Source of the DNA: Paraphysomonas bandaiensis
Lineage: Eukaryota > Protista > Chrysophyceae
DNA: 64,000 nt
Direction of reading: 5' to 3'
NCBI GenBank assembly: GCA_965644295.1
Contig: CBFFRP010000182.1
Span: forward strand, 271,569 to 335,568
A program made the translations under genes and the position numbers. Below are positions 15,401-27,995 of the stretch, one piece after another (the stretch's first letter is position 1; each line of letters opens with the position of its first letter). Under the pieces are notes generated by a model. It did not search any database. It was not told the origin of the DNA and was given only the letters and a program-made list of their open reading frames with translations.

Positions 15401-18400
15401 AGTACGAGCAAGATGGACTATCATATGACAACCTCGTGGCTGCATTGTAGCAGATGACAAGGATTCGTCTAGCGCCCACAGGACACGAAAGAGGCGGTCA
15501 GACTCGAATGATATCTCCGTTTGTGTCCGAGACTTTCCCGTTCCCGAGCTGCTGCTCTTGGAATCCGATCCCTTACTCTTGGAATTGCTGTCAGTAGATT
15601 TGTGCTTAACACTAACACTCGCAGCTTTCAGGGCTCTGTAATCATCCCTTGCGAGAAGAAATGGTGGAATTGTGATCCTACCAGCCACTTCGCATCCATT
15701 GTTTCCAATAGTATGTAGATTAGTTCGGACAGGGTTACTGTCGGAGGATGCAGAGAACTCAAACTCGATCACCCGTGTAAGTTGGCGCAAAGCAAGGAGC
15801 CAGTCCCGGCCACTCCTTATGATCTGAACCAGCTCGGTGCGATTGACTTGAGTGGGCACAGCAGCAGGCACAATAGAAGTGGGGTTATCAGCAACTCTTG
15901 GGGCTGTGTCACTTGTACCCGAGGTGGTTACGGGACATCCAGTTCCGGTGGTATCCTTATCAGAAGGTGTCGTCGCTGGAGCAACGGTGACATCAGTTGA
16001 CGTCACAACAGTAGCCGTAGATGTCAAAGGCGGTACCACAGTATCAGGAGATGTCGAAGTAGGGGCAATAGTTGTATCAGATGATGTAGAGGGACGAGAA
16101 GATGCAGCGTTAGTAGATACAGAAGCCGGAGCAACAGGCGCATCAGATAATGTAGGTGTCGGAGCACCAAGGACATTAGGAGTGTGAGATGTCGAAGTGG
16201 TTGCCACTGATACATCAGAAGATATCACAGTAGAAGCGCTACTAGATGTACAAGTGGGAGCAACAGGAGCAACAGTTGACGTAGACACCTGTGCAGCAAG
16301 GGCATCCGGAGTATTTGATGTAGACGTAGTAGCAACTGGTGCATCCGAAGATGTAGCAGCTGATGCAACGGGAGCAGTAGAGGGTGTATTCTCTGGAAGT
16401 GGGGTTGGCTTCGTCGTAGCTGTGTGTTGTCTCGACACCCTTTTTTGAATGGCCATGTTGGCGGACAACACTGGCGCGCGCTGCAGAAATTTAGATTCCA
16501 AGAATGGCCATGTTGAAGGCGTGGACTCTGTAACACCTAGATCACGCATGCACTCTCCTTGAACAAACACTAAGGGGCATCTGAACCTAATGTCATCTCT
16601 GAGTAATTCATAGTCCAAATCGTCAATCTTATCATCCAGCCTTGATGGATTCATGTACTGTTCTATATCCCAGCAAGCTACAGTGCTCTGAGACTTATCA
16701 TGAAAAGTGGTTCCCTCGGCATACCTAGACATCATAGAATCTTCCAACGTATCAGTATAGACAACACGCACTACTTTACGAACAAAATTGGGTCTTCGAC
16801 TAAACCAACCAGTAAAATCTGATTCGTTAATCCAATCAGAGCTTAATACAACTATAACCTCGGCAGCAATGGGCTGAAAAGAATAGTACGATGAATATAA
16901 TTTATGAGCTGAATCGATTCCTTCATTCCCAAACACCCATCGACACAGCACAATCAAGTTAACGCTCGAATGGGAAAATGAGTCTTCATCATTGAACTGT
17001 GTGATAGCTCTCTGCGCACTATACCAGTTGGGTAACATATTCTCACCATTGTATGGACAGTCGTGTAAACCAACAGAATAATGCGCAATAGATTTTCTCT
17101 CCAGAAAACGGATTGTCAAAATATACTCATCATAAGTATCTACTACCACAGCAACCTTTGTGCCCACAGGGTTGTTTTGTATGATACTCAGAACAGCGTC
17201 AAACTTTGGGCAGTCCGAGGAACTCTTGTGTGGATGACATGAAGTGAACTGAACATGAGGGATAGCTTCAGGCACGGGCTTCGCTTCTGTGTCTGCTGCT
17301 GGCTCCTCTGTATTCGGTTGACTGTTAGCAGTTGTAGATGGTGCTGTTGCCACAATCGTAGTTTTCTCGCCTTTAGATTGGGTAGTACCTTGAGGCGTCG
17401 CTGACTCATTTGTCTTGTCTTGGCAACTACTGCCCAAAGCGATTGACATACTGCGCTCTCTCTTTACCCCCACATTACCTAGTGGAAGAGGTCGATGAAT
17501 CACGAAGGATCTGGGGCGCTTCGGTCCTGTTATACTTTTATCTAGAGGAGAAGATGCATGCACTAAGTCTTCATGAAAGCATAATCTCCGCAATATTACC
17601 AGTGACTTTGCGAATTCCTCGAATTTCGACGATGTCCGGTTATAGGACCCCTGCAGAGCGGAAGCTTTGCATAAATGCTCTAGCATAGAGGCATATTTCT
17701 GTCTATGTGACGGAGTCATATCTACGCGCATTATACAACTTTCGACGCGGTCCAGCCGCCAAGGGCGCGGCCCTCCTTCAACCTCACTATTTCTAGGAGA
17801 ACAGAACCCTGGCATTCGGATAAGAGTAAGCGGAATCAAGTCATCGTTTAGAAAAGATTTGTCGCTATACTTCTGGCTTTGCCAAACCATCCAACGTTCC
17901 GAGGCGAGAGGAGCGTACTCAGGGTAGACATCCCGAAATACAGAAGGCATAGAAAAGCACAGCCATGAGGAGAGAAGCGACCGAGAAATATCCACTACTG
18001 GTGGTCCAGAAAGCGCCATCTCTAGGAAATTGTTGTGGCTCACACAACACCTGGTGACATCAGACTTAGCAAAAAATGCAGTTACAACCTGCAGCCAAGT
18101 GGAGTATATACCATAGACACGCTTTTCTGCATGTCGTTTATCCATCATAAGTACATCTACAGCACTGGCAGATCCATCCGCGGAAGATGCTTTGGGAGGT
18201 TTTGTGTGTGGAAGGCTTGCCACAGACAAATTTCCAATTACACCATCAATGTCCCAGCACGGACCATATCGACCTGACTTGCCCTTTGCAGTGCCAACAC
18301 TTCCAGTAAGGTAGCGCATGTCGAGCATTACTCCACCCCATCGAGCAGCTCTTGACAGCGCATTCGTGTCACCTGATTTCAGTTTCAATACTTCCGCGGA

Positions 18401-21400
18401 ACTACAGAAAACAACCTCTGCATTTGTGATACTAGCAATTGTATCAGCAGGAATCTCACCATCGCCCGCAGACGAACCCACCACTTGATCCCACGATACA
18501 CTGCCATTTTCGGCTACAGTAAACGCATCATCCAGGATGTAGAAAACACAATCGTTAAGATTTTTCTTAATCTCATACTTCCAGCGGAAGATCTGGTATT
18601 TGTTTGTAATTATCATGACGGGGCGCCTCGTACAGGTAGAGGCTGATTCGCAGCGTTGAGACCTGATCCATGAACTCACAACAGCAGCACAGGCAACAGT
18701 TTTCCCAATATTGTCGTCACCATATACCAAGCTTGCAATATCGCACTCACTCTTGTTAAGTACAGAGCGCAGCACCATTTTCTGATCACTGTTCAGTTCT
18801 AAAGTGGGTGAGTCAGCTTTGTAGTTTGTTTGCCTTGAACTCTCCGATGATTCCATAGCCTTTAGCAAGTCGAATACTGAACCAAATTTACTTGTTATAG
18901 CATGGTCAAGAATGGACATGTCTTCATCGCTCATAGAAAATGGGTCCTTCTTCGACTTTGAGATAGTCAGCGTAACCCTTCCATCATTTCCTGCCACATC
19001 AACTGCGTCAGAAGGAGCACTTTTAGATGAAACGTTTCCAGGATTTTGTTCCCCACATACAGTTGAATTTTCCGCAGACTTCTCAAATTTTGAGCTGTTT
19101 TTGTTGACAATAGACTTTGCGAGGGAGTTCTTCAAAGCACTGGATAGAGACTTGGCAATGTTCCTCAAAGCTTCTTTTGATTGAGTCGCATCAACATTTC
19201 CCTCAGTCATTGTGCCATTTTCTGGTGAAGGACAGCGCTTCCGCTTCCTAGAACTACTCTCCCATTTCTCAGTATTACATCGTGTGGCCCGTCCTAATTG
19301 TGATAGCCATAGGGCATATCTGTAACTCAAAGGGGTAGTACCAGTAGTGATAACCTCATTGTCCGCTGGGCGACGGCGGAGGATTGCTTTCTCTGCGCAC
19401 ATTTCCGCAACTGCTTTGCTCTGTGATCGTTTCCACCTCCTTTCCTGTCTATAGTCAACTGCCATCCATTGAACCTCTTCCATTAGGTAATCCCACTGGC
19501 ACTTCAGACGTGGGGCCGAAAAGGGTGGTGCAGTGTTTGCAAGCACATTCTTCCTGTCTCTCATGAGTAGATCGGACTTGAGTGCCTCCTGTCTCTTCAA
19601 GAGCTTCATTGTCGTGTCATCCTTCTCTGGGCGAGAAGATGTACTGACAGTGGAGGGCGCGGAATATAAGGCTGCATTAGAAGCAGCTTCTGTCGCAGAT
19701 GCCGTTGTTTTCCCAGTTGTACTGGAAGACTTCGCCGCGGACGACCTTCCCCCACCCCCTTTGGACTGGCTCTTGCTCTTGCTTGCTGCAGTACCACCAG
19801 CCGCTCCGTCAGATTTAGATGACGTGAATACTGGAGTCGACGAGATATGACTAGTCGACTTCCCAATAGTCTTTGAGCCAGGACCCGGAGTAGACGACGA
19901 ACTCTTGGTTGTGGACGACGGAGTAGCAGTTGAAGTCTCTGCGGCGGGGGATGTGGACTTGGATGGCGCATTTACTGCCCCCGTAGAAGATGGTTTGCCA
20001 GATGATGCAGCATCACTTGAAGAGGTGCCAGTCGCAGTTGCCGGTTTACTCACTGCTGAACGGGCAGCATCCTTCTTTGCAACCGCTGGGCCACTTGTGC
20101 TTGAGGATGTACTGGTCTTCGTAGCGGTCTTAGCCGTGGGCTGCTTGGCTGTCGTTCCTGGCGTAGGACGAGAGGACTGTGTAGAAGGCTGCGACTTCGA
20201 CTGAGATGTAACACCTCCTTCCGCCGTAGTCCCTGGCGTCATGCTACTGGACATTGTTCCTGATGCATTCATTGCCATGGCGAGGGTATACCGTTGCTGC
20301 TGCTCCTGCTGCTGCTGCATTGCGGCTGGGACACTTGAGAGAAGCGATACAGAGCTATCACTCAACAGATCCGGGACTGCACCCATAAACATTTGTTGGG
20401 GTTTAGATAGACCAGGTGTAGTTGAGGCAGGCGTTTTTTCCTGAGTAGTTCCCGAGACAGATTTGTTACTATCCCCACCAGGGGCCTCGCTGTTAACAGT
20501 ACCTCCGGTGCTCGTGCATTGGGCGGTGTCCCCCTGAAGGGCTCCAGTTAAAGGGTGCCCAGGAGGCAATCGGGCGCTATTCATCGACCTCAACACTTGC
20601 TCGCCCTGCATAGCATCGTATTGTTCTGATCCAAATGCGGGGGAGAGTGACATAGCACGATCGCCAGATAAATATACGCCATCCTTTCCCGGAAGCAGTG
20701 ACGGCGCTGACGACGAGACAGACGAAAGAGATCGGGGAGAATTGCTAGTCATCGCGGATATTGCCGTAGGGACCGAGTTTGAAGAAGGTGACGTAGGATT
20801 CGTAGAGCTTTCGAGTCCAGAGGAAGTGGAGTTTTGTGTTTGTACTTCTCCGGGGGGTTGTGCAGGTGATGTTTGTACTTTCTCTGCAGCCGAATTACCA
20901 GCCGGGTTCGTAAAAACTGCTGGTAGCACTACTGATGATTCTGATGTTTCTGTACTTGGTGCAGGAGGAGGAACTAATGGCTCAGAGCTCGTGGTTTGGG
21001 GGTCCGTGTTTAGTGAAGCCTGTTGGACAGCAGCAGCAGCGAGGACAGGGGAGTTTGGAGTTGTATCTGTGGCACTCTTGTTAACAGCAATAGCAGGAGT
21101 GTTGAGTTCAACTGTTGTGGGGGGAACAGAAGACTCCTGACTGACGGACGCATTTGGAGTATTTTCAGAACTCTTAGAAGTTGGCTCCGCGTCGGCGATT
21201 TCCACATCATCAATAGTTGTAGGGGGATCATTCGACACCGGCGACTTCACCTCCACAGGTGTGCAAAGTTCAGGCGTCTGTGCATATATATTAGTTGCGT
21301 GTCACTGTGGCACATCAGGATACCTTTGGCTCTTGTGCATTTGCTGCTGTCTGTGTGGGTTCTGTGTGCACATTTTGGGCAGTTGACTCCACAGGCTTAG

Positions 21401-21796
21401 TACACACAGCCTGCATAATTATTACAATATTCAGATATTCTGCCCTCATTACCTCTTGGGAAGTATTTGCTATCTCTTCCCTTTTCTGTTTAACTATATC
21501 CAGTACCGATTTTTTATAACTAATAACTATGTTTCGTTTTGAAACTATATCATCACTATCACTGTCCGGATTCTATATATCAAAATATAAAAATGAAAAA
21601 TATAATTAAAATAATTAAAATATAATTTCATACAATTCTATACATAGAAATATATATATAATGTATATATGATAGTATAGAGTGTAGTTATTACCGTAGT
21701 ATTATCTTGACTATCTCCAGCTTTCTTTCGCGATCGTCCCTTCTTGGCACTTGTTTCAGATGATGGTGTTGATGCTTTCGATCTCCTTGAACGCAT
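12464..21796 (-). CDS. p400/Domino/Swr1/Eaf1-family chromatin protein: HSA domain + degenerate SNF2-type ATPase + SANT/Myb domain, multi-exon
   Basis: Three small 5' exons (MRSRRSKAS..., NPDSDSDD..., AVCTKPVE...) splice in frame into ORF 14246-21256, followed by exons in 12843-14245 and 12464-12856. HSA: 'PRLKCQWDYLMEEVQWMAVDYRQERRWKRSQSKAVA'. SNF2-like remnants: 'YGDDNIGKT', 'LRRLCFHEDL', 'SSDWINESD', 'RVVYTDTLED'. SANT-like: 'EKWTDDENAAII'. Confidence 0.75.
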
Positions 21797-21949
21797 AATA
21801 AATAAAATCTGCAATGAGGAGTATCAAAACACCATTAATATACTATCTATTCATTGCATGATGAGATCATCGAACTATGATTTTAAAATAAATATTAATA
21901 TACATGTATGTGTGTATGTATGTATATGTGTGATCCAGTTGCAATCATG

Positions 21950-22245
21950 AGGTGAATACAGTAATACAGAGGATAATACATTGTATTTGGAGGTTTGAGA
22001 GAGATAGTGTATTGATAATACAATGTATTTTATGATGTATAGAGATGGAATACTGGTAATACAATGTATTTTATGATGTATTCTAAGTTGATGGAAATGG
22101 AATACTGGTAATACAATGTAGTTTGCTTGTATACAATGTAGGATAAATACACTGTATTATGATATTTGTGTGGAATACATCAGTCATACATACAGCACAA
22201 TTGTGTACCTGTATTCCGCCCTGTATTCTTCATTGTATTCCGTCT
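21950..22245. repeat. Array of short aatac/gtatt motifs (ggaatactggtaatacaatgta repeated), partly inverted, in a divergent intergenic region
   Basis: aatacaatgta motifs repeated on the left, ctgtattc/ttgtattc on the right; possibly a decayed MITE. Confidence 0.4.
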
Positions 22246-22464
22246 CTATAATTTAAAAGTATGCGTCTAGTATACGTGTAGTTTACTATGAATATCTCAG
22301 GCAGTCTCTTACTATTTAAATCACCACAACAACACCTCATCATAGTGTTAGTTACTAGGTACTTCTACAGCACTTATACATTCATCTCATTTGAAATTTC
22401 ATTTCAATAAGAATTAATTTATTCAGTAACGAATACTTGATTAGAGTACAGTGTAATCAGTGTG

Positions 22465-23331
22465 ATGGTCTCTAAATCAAGAAGTAAAATGAAACAAGAG
22501 AAAGAAGCAAAGAAAGCTGCTTCAGCCCGTGAAAAACTAACGCTTTCTAAAGCTGCTCATTTGATTGATAAAAATTCACATACGATTGCCAAGTTAAATC
22601 AGCTTTTGGAAGCTTATCACAAACCGAATCGGGCTGAAATTGACAAAGACCGACTCATCTCGAGACGGATAGAGAAGCTGAAAGCTAGAATTAACCGGCG
22701 TCTTGTTAAGTTGGCAAAATGGGTTGACACCCCTGATCATGAGCGGATAACACATCATACCTATTCGACAAGAGCGCAGTCAAGAAGTGGAGCTCAATCT
22801 CGTTCTTATGCCACCTTATCCGGGCAAGCGAATGGTAGTCGTGGACGGTACAGCACATCTTCACGATATGCACAGAGCCAACCTGCTTTCTCTATGCCTC
22901 GCGCTACACCTGTCCCGCCACCTGGTCAAAACCAGAGTGTTCCAGCGAGTGCGCCGCGTTACGTTCCAAATTCCCAGCCTCCTCTCATGCTTCCCGGTAC
23001 CTCCTCCAAGAGTCTTTTAGGAATTACATCTGCTCAGCCATCACAACCTCCAGCTTCACAACCCAGTGTTAGTTCGAATTTAAGTGTTCTGATGGCGTTG
23101 CAAAAGAAAATGATGGAGTCTGTGTCCAATGCTGTTAAGTTCAAGTCTCCCGTAGCATCTTCCAATAAATCTGGTACCCCTGCATTATCTACTGATGAAT
23201 CTTCTACAAGTACTTCCAAATCAGACGCCCCTCCGTTATCTTCAACAGCTCATGTATCTCCTGCAGTCGTTCCATCTTCAGTGCAAGCTGCACCATCGTC
23301 GACGCCCACAGATCCGGACGAAGCAAAGTAA
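22465..23331 (+). CDS. Hypothetical protein (basic helical N-terminus, S/P/Q-rich disordered C-terminus)
   Basis: Single 288-aa ORF from ATG at 22465, GC-richer than its flanks, head-to-head with the HSA gene; no recognised domain. Confidence 0.6.
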   Translation: MVSKSRSKMKQEKEAKKAASAREKLTLSKAAHLIDKNSHTIAKLNQLLEAYHKPNRAEIDKDRLISRRIEKLKARINRRLVKLAKWVDTPDHERITHHTYSTRAQSRSGAQSRSYATLSGQANGSRGRYSTSSRYAQSQPAFSMPRATPVPPPGQNQSVPASAPRYVPNSQPPLMLPGTSSKSLLGITSAQPSQPPASQPSVSSNLSVLMALQKKMMESVSNAVKFKSPVASSNKSGTPALSTDESSTSTSKSDAPPLSSTAHVSPAVVPSSVQAAPSSTPTDPDEAK

Positions 23332-23586
23332 TTGTTCCACCTCATTCGATAGAGAAAACCGTTAAAATAGTTTTTATCTAGATAGTCGTTGTGTATTGTT
23401 CTTGTTAGCTATTCGTGACTCTATAACTAACCATAGTTTTGTACTACATCCCGAAATATTTTTAATGTGTCGTATGTAGTATGTAGCACTTTCAGAGATG
23501 TCCATGCTCGATGCTCAATACATTAATATTGTTGGAGCCTATATAAAATATTGCAGTGTGCAATGTATGTATACTTACGGATATAG

Positions 23587-23840
23587 TAAGCACTAACTTC
23601 TATAATAAAGAATAGAGCAAGCTACTCCTATTTACTTAGTAATCTGTACGAAGTACTAAGCTAATCGTCTGTTAAGTATAGAGACTGAAGGCAATCCTAA
23701 TTTACTTAGTAATCTGTACATCTGTACTAAGTACTAAGCTAATCGTCTGTTAAATATAGAGACTGAAGGCAATGTTCTATAAAAATTAAGAGTAGCTTGC
23801 TGTAGCCTTTATTCTTTGTTATAGAAGATGATAGTGTTTA
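23587..23840. mobile_element. MITE-like element with ~40-bp imperfect TIRs and an internal ~65-70-bp tandem duplication
   Basis: Left 'cttctataataaagaata..agcaagctactc' is the inverse of right 'gagtagcttgct...tattctttgttatagaag'. Internal copies at 23631-23695 and 23701-23773. Confidence 0.55.
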
Positions 23841-24691
23841 GGCGTTTACTACTTGATTTATATATATTGTGAACTTACTTTAACAGAAACATTATTGATG
23901 GAATTTTTGGTCGGTCCACCAATCAATATATTGTTCCCTATACCTGGACTACTGGCAGGTTTCAAAGTGGTTATTAAAATGATCTTAATTTATCAACTCA
24001 GTAACTGGTAAAGTTATCAATCACCAAACATCCAGTAATTTTTACTTGTGTAAGATATTACTATATGCATGAGGAGATGAGGAGTAGTATAGCTTCGTTG
24101 CTGGTTTAGTATTTAGTATACATATATACACTCTCATTAACACCAGCACCTTTCTTTGTTATATATATATTTATCACTACTGAAGTTGATAATCATAGTT
24201 GAGAATTATTAACATTAATATGGACTGACTTCTATATTTTGACTTCAATCTAGTTTCCTGGTTCCTATCTTCTATCTTATATTCTAAGTTCAACTGAGCA
24301 ACTTAGTCATTGAAAGCTTCTCTGTACATAATGGACAGTGTCGTATTGGGAAACGATTTATCAATTCTGATGGATCCTTACTGAAAGTAGTAATATTCTC
24401 GTAGGTTAGAATACGAATGGAAGTATTAGAATGGGTGGTTTCTACATACAGTAAAGGCTGCTTACAATAAATTGAAGTATACTGTGATGAACACTGTGAG
24501 TCAGTATGTATGTATACTCTTCGCCTTGAATCTAGTGAAGAGGAAAAGAGGAAAATATACAAGGGATACATTTGAAGGCAACATGATGCTGTGGTGAAGC
24601 TCTTGTTATTTACGAGCAATATACCCCCGTCTCTATAGTCTAGGTGATAAATTGGCAATATAAACTACCATAAAAATAATTTCCCATAACC

Positions 24692-24961
24692 TCATTCATT
24701 CTTTGTACGACTGTCTGCATCTGTATGCTTTGAGGGATCTTTTTCTTTGTTCTCGTCTACTAGTTTTATATATGACCTGCCATCTTCATTCCGCGCCCAG
24801 TGACCAATCAGGATTGGCTGCGAATTGCTATTTAAAGCAGCAATGTAGCTGTCATGGTCATAGACCTCGTCGCTGTTCTCGCGTCTGGCGTACTTCTTTC
24901 CGTAGTATATGATATCTGTGGCTTTCCACTTGATTCTGTCTTTATACAGCTGGTCCTTCAT
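24692..24961 (-). pseudogene. Gene fragment resembling the C-terminus of a giant-virus (Imitervirales-type) SF2 helicase
   Basis: 'IKWKATDIIYYGKKYARRENSDEVYDHDSYIAALNSNSQPILIG' matches, from memory, the 'ITWKA..V...GKKYA....EVYD..SY..A....PILIG' tail of mesomimivirus-type helicases. No search run. Confidence 0.4.
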
Positions 24962-26471
24962 TTCTGTGTCAAACAGTTAAACAAGTCTCAATCTAATGCT
25001 GTTTGCTGCACCTTCCAGTTTTTTCTTTTTATGAACTTGATACAAAACCAATCCAACGAAGGCAATAACGGATGGTACAATTAAAACAGGGGCAATAAAG
25101 TACAGTGATCGTCTCTGTAGATGCATCTGTGTGGTGCTGCGTGCTATTCCAAGCTGCTGTAACGTCCGACGACGCAAATGACCAAGTGACATGATACTTT
25201 TAACAGATCAAACTTCAGATATTACAACTAAATACAGAGGAGCACTAGAGGAGCGATGTATTGATAATGCACTAGAGGAGCGATCGATGTATGGAGAGTG
25301 CAATTGTTCTGCTTGCTTGTTGAGTTTGGAAAAAGTCGAGTTTTGTTGCAATTCTCGAGTTTTTAGTTTTTTTTTTAGTCATTTTCACATGTATTCCACA
25401 CACTTTCATAGTTTAAGGTCCCCTCCATGCATATGTCAATCATATGCTCCAACATTGAGACATACCACATTAACACACTGGGTTACCAATAGAACATGCT
25501 ATTCTGGAAGTGTGGAGTCCACCTTCTACAAGTTTTGGTGGAAATTTGCTTGTGAGACTGCAATTGTTATCCTGCATCAAAATTCACAGTTTATAGAGAG
25601 CTCCTGAACTCACTGTGAGGTACATAGCAGAGACCAGTTGCTGAAAACAATGTTGTGATTGCAAAGATGAGATTATGAGTTCTGATTCTGGATTCATTGA
25701 TAAACGGTCAAGAAATATGCACAGGTCACTGTAGGAGGACCTCTCCCTAATTGTGCCTTCCTTGTTGCACTTAATGTTCCCACATGTCCCCAAATTCAAA
25801 GAATCGTATTATTCTTAATATTTGAGTGATATGAAATCATGATATTGACATTCACCTCTTATTTTGTTGGAATTATGTGCATTCATTGACTGTGCTCTAT
25901 ATGCGGTATTGACACACATGGTCCCAAACCCCTTCCAACCACGGGTGTAGTTGTCCTATTTTGCAGTGAATTTAACCTCAATGACTGTTTATGATATATT
26001 ATAATGGTTTGATTCATGTAAGTATGCTTTGATGACATATTAAGGCCATATTGGATGAGTTGCTACTTTGCAAAGCAATATAGTTCGCACTTATGTCACT
26101 TGTGACGCAATGCGTATGATATGATATCAACCCCACCCAATCAAATTGGATGTTTATAGTGAGTTATTATAGTAAATAATTTAACTTCATTTTCTTGTTC
26201 AGGTTATTATGTCTTTCGCTTTTGGTCTGGAAATGCGATTATATGTAGATAACTTATGTGAGTTGTGACCGTATAAAAATGACAGACTACATTTATAGCG
26301 ACATGTAGGATGCGTAACCCCTTTATTATTCATCCTTAGATATCGTGCCTTCATTATATGTGCAACAAGCTTCATGCGATTTTATCAGAAGTTGACATTA
26401 TTTGCTAAGGTTTACTGTTCTCAAATGATTAGATGAAATTATAAACATTACATGATAAAGAACCTAAGTTG

Positions 26472-27482
26472 TGTTCGATGTGTTCAACACCATTCATTTA
26501 CTACTATAGTGTACAAACCACACACTCAGTGATCGTATCCTGTATAGTCACCCATTTCTACTTCAGTTTCATACTACACAATATAATGTACTAATTACAT
26601 ATATATCTTTCGATCCTTGCATCTCACATAATACTGCACTCAATTGCAAGTATATAGAATCTTCAGATCTCAACACTCCCCCTCAATTGAGTGTTGTACC
26701 ATGACGCCTCCTAGCTATTGAATGCCTGAGATAAAAATTCTGGACAGTAAAATAGACTCATCTCTAAGTCTAAACCTCTGTCTTAAAAAACTCAGTACCT
26801 ACTTGCGTCTTCTATATCTCTTGGTCCCTCATTAATCACTTCAGTGGAACTCTTAATTTTCTCTCCAAGATTTCTCTTTCTCTGCTCCATATATGATAAA
26901 CCAACTAATGACTTTGTATAAATATCTGCTGCTTGTTGCGATGTATGCACATGCACTAACTTAATCGTATTGAACTGATTGGGATCCACGTGCTCTCTCA
27001 CCATGTGATACTTAATCTCAATGTGCTTCGACTTCTTGTGAAACACTGGGTTTTCGGCCAAATCCTGGGCACTCTGACTGTCGATGAAGAATGGTGTGGG
27101 TTTGATGAGCCTCAACTTAATCTCACCCGTCACCCCCCGAACCCACAGCACTTCTTGGAGACCCGAGTATACACTGATACTCAGACTGCATGCTTGACGT
27201 TGCCACTGTCGTCTGCAGTTAGGACTGCCAGACTATAGGCCCTCCCGCTGCAAACCCAACGTACCCCGACGTGGACTTCCTGGACAGCTGGTCTCCCGCC
27301 CAATCTGCGTCAGTAAACATATGGAAGTCGAACCGTCTACTCCCATATTGAATCCCTTTGTCAATAGAACCACGAATATATTGCCATACGTGTGTTAATA
27401 GCTTGCATACTTCAATATTCACCTTATTACTGAACCGAGACAGTACTCCCACTACATAGGCAATATCCGGCCTCGTGTTCAT
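26472..27482 (-). mobile_element. Copia LTR-retrotransposon 3' fragment (RT C-terminus, RNase H, PPT, 3' LTR)
   Basis: Motifs 'NTRPDIAYVVGVLSRF', 'FTDADWAGD..RKSTSGY', 'IDSQSA..LAENPVFHKKSKHIEIKYH', 'ADIYTK', frameshifted. PPT ttgagggggag at 26686-26676, then an LTR starting TGTT at 26675. LTR end approximate (26472 or 26481). Confidence 0.85.
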
Positions 27483-27590
27483 CGATTAACGTAGAGCTCG
27501 AAGTAAAATAAGAACATAATCAGCACTATTTAAATGGAGTTTTGCATATGATAAATCGGCTGAGCGTTGTGCTTCCTCATCACCCTCGTT

Positions 27591-27995
27591 TTAATCTCCG
27601 CCATATGAACAGGCAAATAACAAAACTAGCACGAGTGCTAGTATTATTACAAAGTCTTCGTCTTTGAAGACGACACATAAAGCAACGCCCACAGCGAGGA
27701 CGAAAGCTTCCATAACAACTCGTCTATTTGAAGACTATCAGTTGAACACATGAGTACAATCTACATATTATCAGAAGTGATATGCATACCTCCGATAAAA
27801 CTGAGCTCTGGCGGCGTTCTCATCAGCTCTGGCGGCGTTCGCATCAGCTCTGGCGGCGTTCGTATCAGCTCTGGCGTTAGCTTCTTCTAGAGCTCCACGT
27901 AATGCACGCACCTCAGCAGCTGGGAGGATAACAACAGGGGCCTCTCCATCCTCATCGACAGGATCGGCTATGGGTAGAGGTATGATCTGTGCCAT
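27591..27995 (-). CDS. Putative small 2-exon coiled-coil + C-terminal transmembrane protein
   Basis: MAQIIPLP...EEANARADTNAARADANAARADENAARAQFYR, then a plausible gtatgc...caaatag intron into RVVMEAFVLAVGVALCVVFKDEDFVIILALVLVLLFACSYGGD*. Splicing is inferred. Confidence 0.35.
27804..27876. repeat. 21-nt tandem repeat x3.5 (encodes heptad NAARADx)
   Basis: Units of agctctggcggcgttc(tc/gc/gt)atc. Confidence 0.9.

Noticed and set aside
14448-21519. Many + strand ORFs over the HSA gene
   Set aside because: Antisense shadows of S/T/P/A-rich low-complexity coding sequence.
25400-26460. Cys-containing broken ORFs (also 28300-28920) that might be a KDZ/CxC transposase relic
   Set aside because: Too degraded; no catalytic motif can be supported.
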